DNA from: Amoebidium appalachense
Taxonomy: Eukaryota; Protista; Ichthyosporea
NCBI GenBank assembly: GCA_963693365.1
Contig: CAVNZM010000003.1
Location: forward strand, 12,497,651-12,561,650
Reading direction: 5' to 3'
Length of the DNA: 64,000 bases
Each line of letters begins with the position of its first letter. Position 1 is the stretch's first letter. This document shows, piece after piece, positions 58,941-64,000 of this stretch. The position numbers and the translations under genes are program-made. The notes beneath the pieces are model-generated. The model was given only the letters and a program-made list of their open reading frames with translations, had not been told where the DNA came from and did not search any database.

Positions 58941-59131
58941 GATACACATGCTACCAAGTTTTCATTGAACGGTGAAGGGGAGGGGGGGGGAGATAGACTC
59001 CAGCTCATCAAAATTAAACATCCCAACAGATTCTCTCGTCATTTACATTTTCCATGTTTGTGGAGATTCTCTCGTCATTTACATTTTCCATGTTTGTGGT
59101 GTAAGTCCATTCATCCTTTGTGTGTAGGTCT

Positions 59132-59392
59132 CTATGCATCCTCAGGCTCCATCATCTTCTGCAGTACAATTGCTGTCTGTCGTCGATTCTTCGGCACCCA
59201 CTTCTTGAATCCACACTTCTCCGCCAACTCATCGGGCAGATCTATATAGCCCTTTTCCGCAAGCTCTTGTGCGTATGCTCGTTGCTCCATCTGCGTCCGC
59301 CGGGTGGTGGCCTCGGTCGGCACAATAGTTGCCTGCACCACGGGTGCCTTGCCGGGCTCCTCCTTCAGCTTGTACTCCCATCGGTACGCCAT
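59132..59392 (-). CDS. Small intronless hypothetical protein (86 aa)
   Basis: ATG-TAG ORF with protein-like composition, 36 bp downstream of the co-oriented Cys-rich ORF. Confidence 0.55.
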   Translation of the reverse strand: MAYRWEYKLKEEPGKAPVVQATIVPTEATTRRTQMEQRAYAQELAEKGYIDLPDELAEKCGFKKWVPKNRRQTAIVLQKMMEPEDA

Positions 59393-59428
59393 ACTCTATG
59401 CCACAAAAATCTCTGCTCACCCAACCCT

Positions 59429-59821
59429 TCAAGTGCGCTCCTTGATCACCACCGCAGGCGCATACGCACACGTGGGGCACGCCGGGCACTTCTGCTCGGG
59501 CGGGCAGCGCGTGCATGCGGGGCACTGTGCGCACCGAGTGGGGCTGGCACCGCACACGTGGCAGCGGGGGCAGTGCGCACACTTGCGGCGGGGAACGCAG
59601 CTGCCGCAGCTGGCACACATTGGGCACGCGCGCTGGCACTTGAGCACTGCCAGGCGCCGCCGCACACGTGGGCTGAACGTGTCCCAGAGCACGTAGAGGA
59701 TCAGGCCGGCCAGGATGGCCAGTAGGATGGGGGAGGGCCCGGGGGTGCTGCGCGGGCTTGTGCGGATCGGGGGAGGGGGTGCGAATGGGCTGGGTGGGGG
59801 AAGGGGTGCGCCAGCGTCCAT
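59429..59821 (-). CDS. Membrane-anchored Cys-rich protein with CxxCxxC repeats (130 aa)
   Basis: TM segment ILLAILAGLILYVLW followed by CPMCASCGSC, CAHCPRCHVC, CAQCPACTRC and CPACPTC; GC3-rich codons. Confidence 0.7.
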   Translation of the reverse strand: MDAGAPLPPPSPFAPPPPIRTSPRSTPGPSPILLAILAGLILYVLWDTFSPRVRRRLAVLKCQRACPMCASCGSCVPRRKCAHCPRCHVCGASPTRCAQCPACTRCPPEQKCPACPTCAYAPAVVIKERT

Positions 59822-59907
59822 GTTACCCGGTGCACGATATAATGTGGGGTTGGGGTTGTGCGGGCAGATGGGAGGAGGGTTTGGGGGGGGGGGGGAGGGG
59901 GGGGGGG

Positions 59908-60128
59908 GCGCTCATGAGCAAGGGTATGGTGATAGCGATCATGACCCTACTCTCAAGCAACACAGGTGCAAGCGCACGGTGATAGCGCTCATGACCCTAC
60001 TCTCAAGCAACACAGGTGCAAGCGCACGGTGATAGCGCTCATGACCCTACTCTCAAGCAACACAGGTGCAAGCGCACGGTGATAGCGCTCATGACCCTAC
60101 TCTCAAGCAACACAGGTGCAAGCGCACG
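59908..60128 (+). repeat. 50-bp tandem array (left of the 618-aa ORF)
   Basis: atgaccctactctcaagcaacacaggtgcaagcgcacggtgatagcgctc at 59941, 59991, 60041, 60091. Confidence 0.95.
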
Positions 60129-60475
60129 GGCAGGCCCGACCATAACCCCGTTTTTACGGTAAAAAATACCCTAAACGTTTCAAAAATACCATCATATTTT
60201 CAGTTTATGGTAAACCCCTGCAAATTTCGTGGTAAGCTAAAATAGGAACCCCCTTTTACCCCCTTTAACTGGGGATGAAAAATACCATACACCCCAGGCA
60301 AAAATATTCCGGACTTCAAAAAATACCAAGAAACAAATCCGAATTTTCGGGCTTGCGCACGGGTTATGCCACCAATTGGATTTGGCCAATCAGCGCGGCT
60401 AGCCGATGGTAACTAGATTTATCCAACCAATCATCCGTTAAAAGATGTGTCATCCGCGTTTAGCCAATCAGCGCG

Positions 60476-62332
60476 ATGACTGATGTTATTATATCCAAAT
60501 CGTTTCAAATACACCGACCTCAGCTGCACGAAAACACAACAGGATTTGGCATGCAGGGTATAGGCAGAATTATTATTTCGCTGTCAGCAATGGGACTTGC
60601 ACCCTCAATGCCAGTGCGTGTTCGGATCGTTCCATCGAAGACACCGCTGTTGTTAGGCCCTGTAGGGGAAGATGTTGCAGTGTTTTCTCTTGCAAACACC
60701 AACGGCCTTGCCACGGTTTCAACCCCCGAAGATGTCACTCTAGTGGAAACGTTGCACCCTTTTGTTGTGTTTGAGGTAGACACCTCGTTGAGTCTATTGC
60801 AACTGCAGGAAGAGTTGAAAGCAGGTTTCCGTGCATGCACAGCGGTGTACCTCCGAAGCTATGACAAGCTGGCCGTGTACAACCCTGAAGGGCGCTGTTG
60901 CCTTGCAACTAGGACGGTGATGCAGGCCACAGCAGCAGAGATTGCGGCAAAAATGTCCGAACTGGACCAAAAAACGAGCGAGAGCTTTGCCGATATGTTT
61001 TTTGCAACCTCCACTTTGGCGGATGTCCAATACGCGATAGAGAATAACAGTGATTTTCAGGATAGTAGGTTCTGGAACTGGTGGGGTTTACTTCCTGAGG
61101 ATGCTATTAGAAGGATCGTAGAGACACACCCCAGTGAGGGGTACACGGGGGACGGCAAACTGCGGCATTACCCGCCGTGCACTGCGTGGTTGCGAGGGTC
61201 TGCAGGAGTTGTCAAGTTAGACAGCTCTGCGTATACGTTAGAGTCGTTTAACACGTGTTTGCTGCTGCGATTGATGGACCATTATGCCCACCGGAGGGAC
61301 CACGACGACGACGGCTACGACGATGTCCATGCGAATATAATACTAGATATGGCCACCCAAAAGGCCAATATTTTGGCACAAGCTGCCTCAAACCCGCCAG
61401 TTACAACTGCACCCCGTACCCAAGCCCACCTGTACGACTACGCAAACATCATTAGACACAAGCTGGAATGGGACAAAAAGCTTTCGAATTTAGTAAGCAG
61501 GGTCCAGGCGGATTACAGCGAGGGTGGGCCTGCCGAGCGCAAAAACATATTCGGGCGGTGCACGGGGTGGTTTGCTTACGAGATTCAGGAAGGGCAGGAA
61601 GAAGGCGAGTTTGTTCCCCTGGGCCAGATCGATACCGACATCGAAACCGTCGAAATTTTCACATACATGCGGCGTCTGCAAGTGGGCGTGTCGTGGCAGA
61701 TGCTTGTGGACGTCATGAACAAACGACACGTCATTGTGCTTCCCTTCGATTGGGGAGACTTAATTGACACAATCAGGAAATATGTTGAGCGCGAAGAGTT
61801 CCAAAAAGCCCAAGTGGAGGGGCAAGGTAGAGATTTGCCATTCGTTGTTGACGGGTTGTATGCTTACGACACCGAAACCCGGCAAGCGGCCGTCATCTAC
61901 CCCCCGAGTGGATTTGACCAAAATTTAATCATGCTCAACGATGCCGACACCGTCTGCCCCTGGCAGGCAGACATCGAGTATTATTGGGTACAAACCCCCA
62001 CGGATCATTTGGAACAACAGCGCGGCAGCTATATCGGTATTAACAAAACCACGGGCCAGCCTGACACGTCTCCCAGCGCGGATGCCCTGTGGAGTGCTGT
62101 TCCTATCGCCCAGGTTTTGGATGGTCCGGATTGGTACCCTCAACTGCCGTGTCAGACAGCCCTCGAGGATGCCATCAGGAATCACCATGTGCAAGTAGTT
62201 GGTGATCCATACGACCACTGGCTGTGTTATGAAGCAGCAACCAACACATGGGATGAACTTTGGCCTGACTGTGATCGGTATCACCATATTACCAGCAGGC
62301 CAGGCGACTTCGTGCTCTTTTACGATCAATAA
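60476..62332 (+). CDS. Intronless 618-aa hypothetical protein (true start may be a downstream Met)
   Basis: 1.86-kb open frame of normal complexity, several CCAAT boxes upstream (60372-60470), AATAAA overlapping the stop; no recognisable domain. Confidence 0.85.
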   Translation: MTDVIISKSFQIHRPQLHENTTGFGMQGIGRIIISLSAMGLAPSMPVRVRIVPSKTPLLLGPVGEDVAVFSLANTNGLATVSTPEDVTLVETLHPFVVFEVDTSLSLLQLQEELKAGFRACTAVYLRSYDKLAVYNPEGRCCLATRTVMQATAAEIAAKMSELDQKTSESFADMFFATSTLADVQYAIENNSDFQDSRFWNWWGLLPEDAIRRIVETHPSEGYTGDGKLRHYPPCTAWLRGSAGVVKLDSSAYTLESFNTCLLLRLMDHYAHRRDHDDDGYDDVHANIILDMATQKANILAQAASNPPVTTAPRTQAHLYDYANIIRHKLEWDKKLSNLVSRVQADYSEGGPAERKNIFGRCTGWFAYEIQEGQEEGEFVPLGQIDTDIETVEIFTYMRRLQVGVSWQMLVDVMNKRHVIVLPFDWGDLIDTIRKYVEREEFQKAQVEGQGRDLPFVVDGLYAYDTETRQAAVIYPPSGFDQNLIMLNDADTVCPWQADIEYYWVQTPTDHLEQQRGSYIGINKTTGQPDTSPSADALWSAVPIAQVLDGPDWYPQLPCQTALEDAIRNHHVQVVGDPYDHWLCYEAATNTWDELWPDCDRYHHITSRPGDFVLFYDQ

Positions 62333-62434
62333 AATTCAACTTATTTTATTAAGTGAAACTCAGTGCATTCTCACGAAGGGGGTGGGGTGGGGGGATGCAA
62401 AGTGTGCATGTGTGTTCCCGAATGCCTTTGTGTG

Positions 62435-63503
<1,069 letters not shown>

Positions 63504-63690
63504 TCTTTGTTTTGTTTTTTGGGGAGGGGGGCTTCCCACCCTCTTGCCCGTGGCTTCTCTATTTATTTTTCATCTTTTACGTCTTTGCCTGCACCCGGTC
63601 AAGGTGTACCCCGTGCGCTTCCTGGAGAAGCACGTGCTGGGGTGGTAGCCAGCCGGTCATCCCCAACAATTGGGACTCCTGTCAATAAAC

Positions 63691-63805
63691 GGTTTCGACC
63701 AATCAGATTGAACCGGTTTCGTGCAATCAGATTTAATGTTTCGACCAATCAGATTGAACCGGTTTCGTACAATCAGATTTAATGTTTCGACCAATCAGAT
63801 TGAAT
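63691..63805. repeat. 47-bp tandem repeat made of CCAAT-box-containing subunits
   Basis: gtttcgaccaatcagattgaaccggtttcgt.caatcagatttaat repeated ~2.5 times. Confidence 0.8.
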
Positions 63806-64000
63806 AGCGGGTGAATACGATTCAAGCATTATTCAAAGGTGGTCTCCGTGATTCGACCAATATTGAAATGGATGCTCCGTGGATCGAACGATATTGACTG
63901 AGGGTTCGTGTTGGTTGACCGGATATTGGCAGGGGTTCGCGCGATGTTCGTTTTGGGTTCACTAGATTTGCGCCAAACACGAGTTCGGGTTGACCGGATA

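Overview
Eukaryotic genomic window. An animal-type initiator-tRNA PBS and a beta-arrestin-like gene suggest a unicellular holozoan host (inference). Introns are packed with poly-G/poly-C and (CA)/(GT) tracts, so most ORF-track entries are low-complexity noise. The left ~36 kb is host-like. It holds three spliced minus-strand genes reconstructed by hand (a small coiled-coil protein, a two-domain globin ending in a CaaX box, and an arrestin with an intronic tRNA-Phe), an intronless tandem-CBM21 gene, and a very young 362-bp TRIM retroelement. From ~46.2 kb the style changes to a 477-bp GC-rich palindrome, short intronless ORFs with large-DNA-virus-like motifs, many minisatellites, a KDM4-like JmjC gene, and a 618-aa ORFan bracketed by inverted 50-bp repeat arrays. 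This may be an endogenous viral or giant-transposon island, but no hallmark gene lies in the window. The most striking signal is a non-coding repeat family with 822-bp and 454-bp units plus four truncated copies, all on the minus strand and anchored on G-runs. Its ~160-nt core shows compensatory base changes, a conserved K-turn, two pseudoknots, and the hammerhead core strands (CUGANGA, CGAAAC, GUH) connected in a non-canonical order. It is a candidate retrozyme-like element with an undescribed ribozyme architecture. Several single-base frameshifts in G/C runs suggest long-read assembly error.
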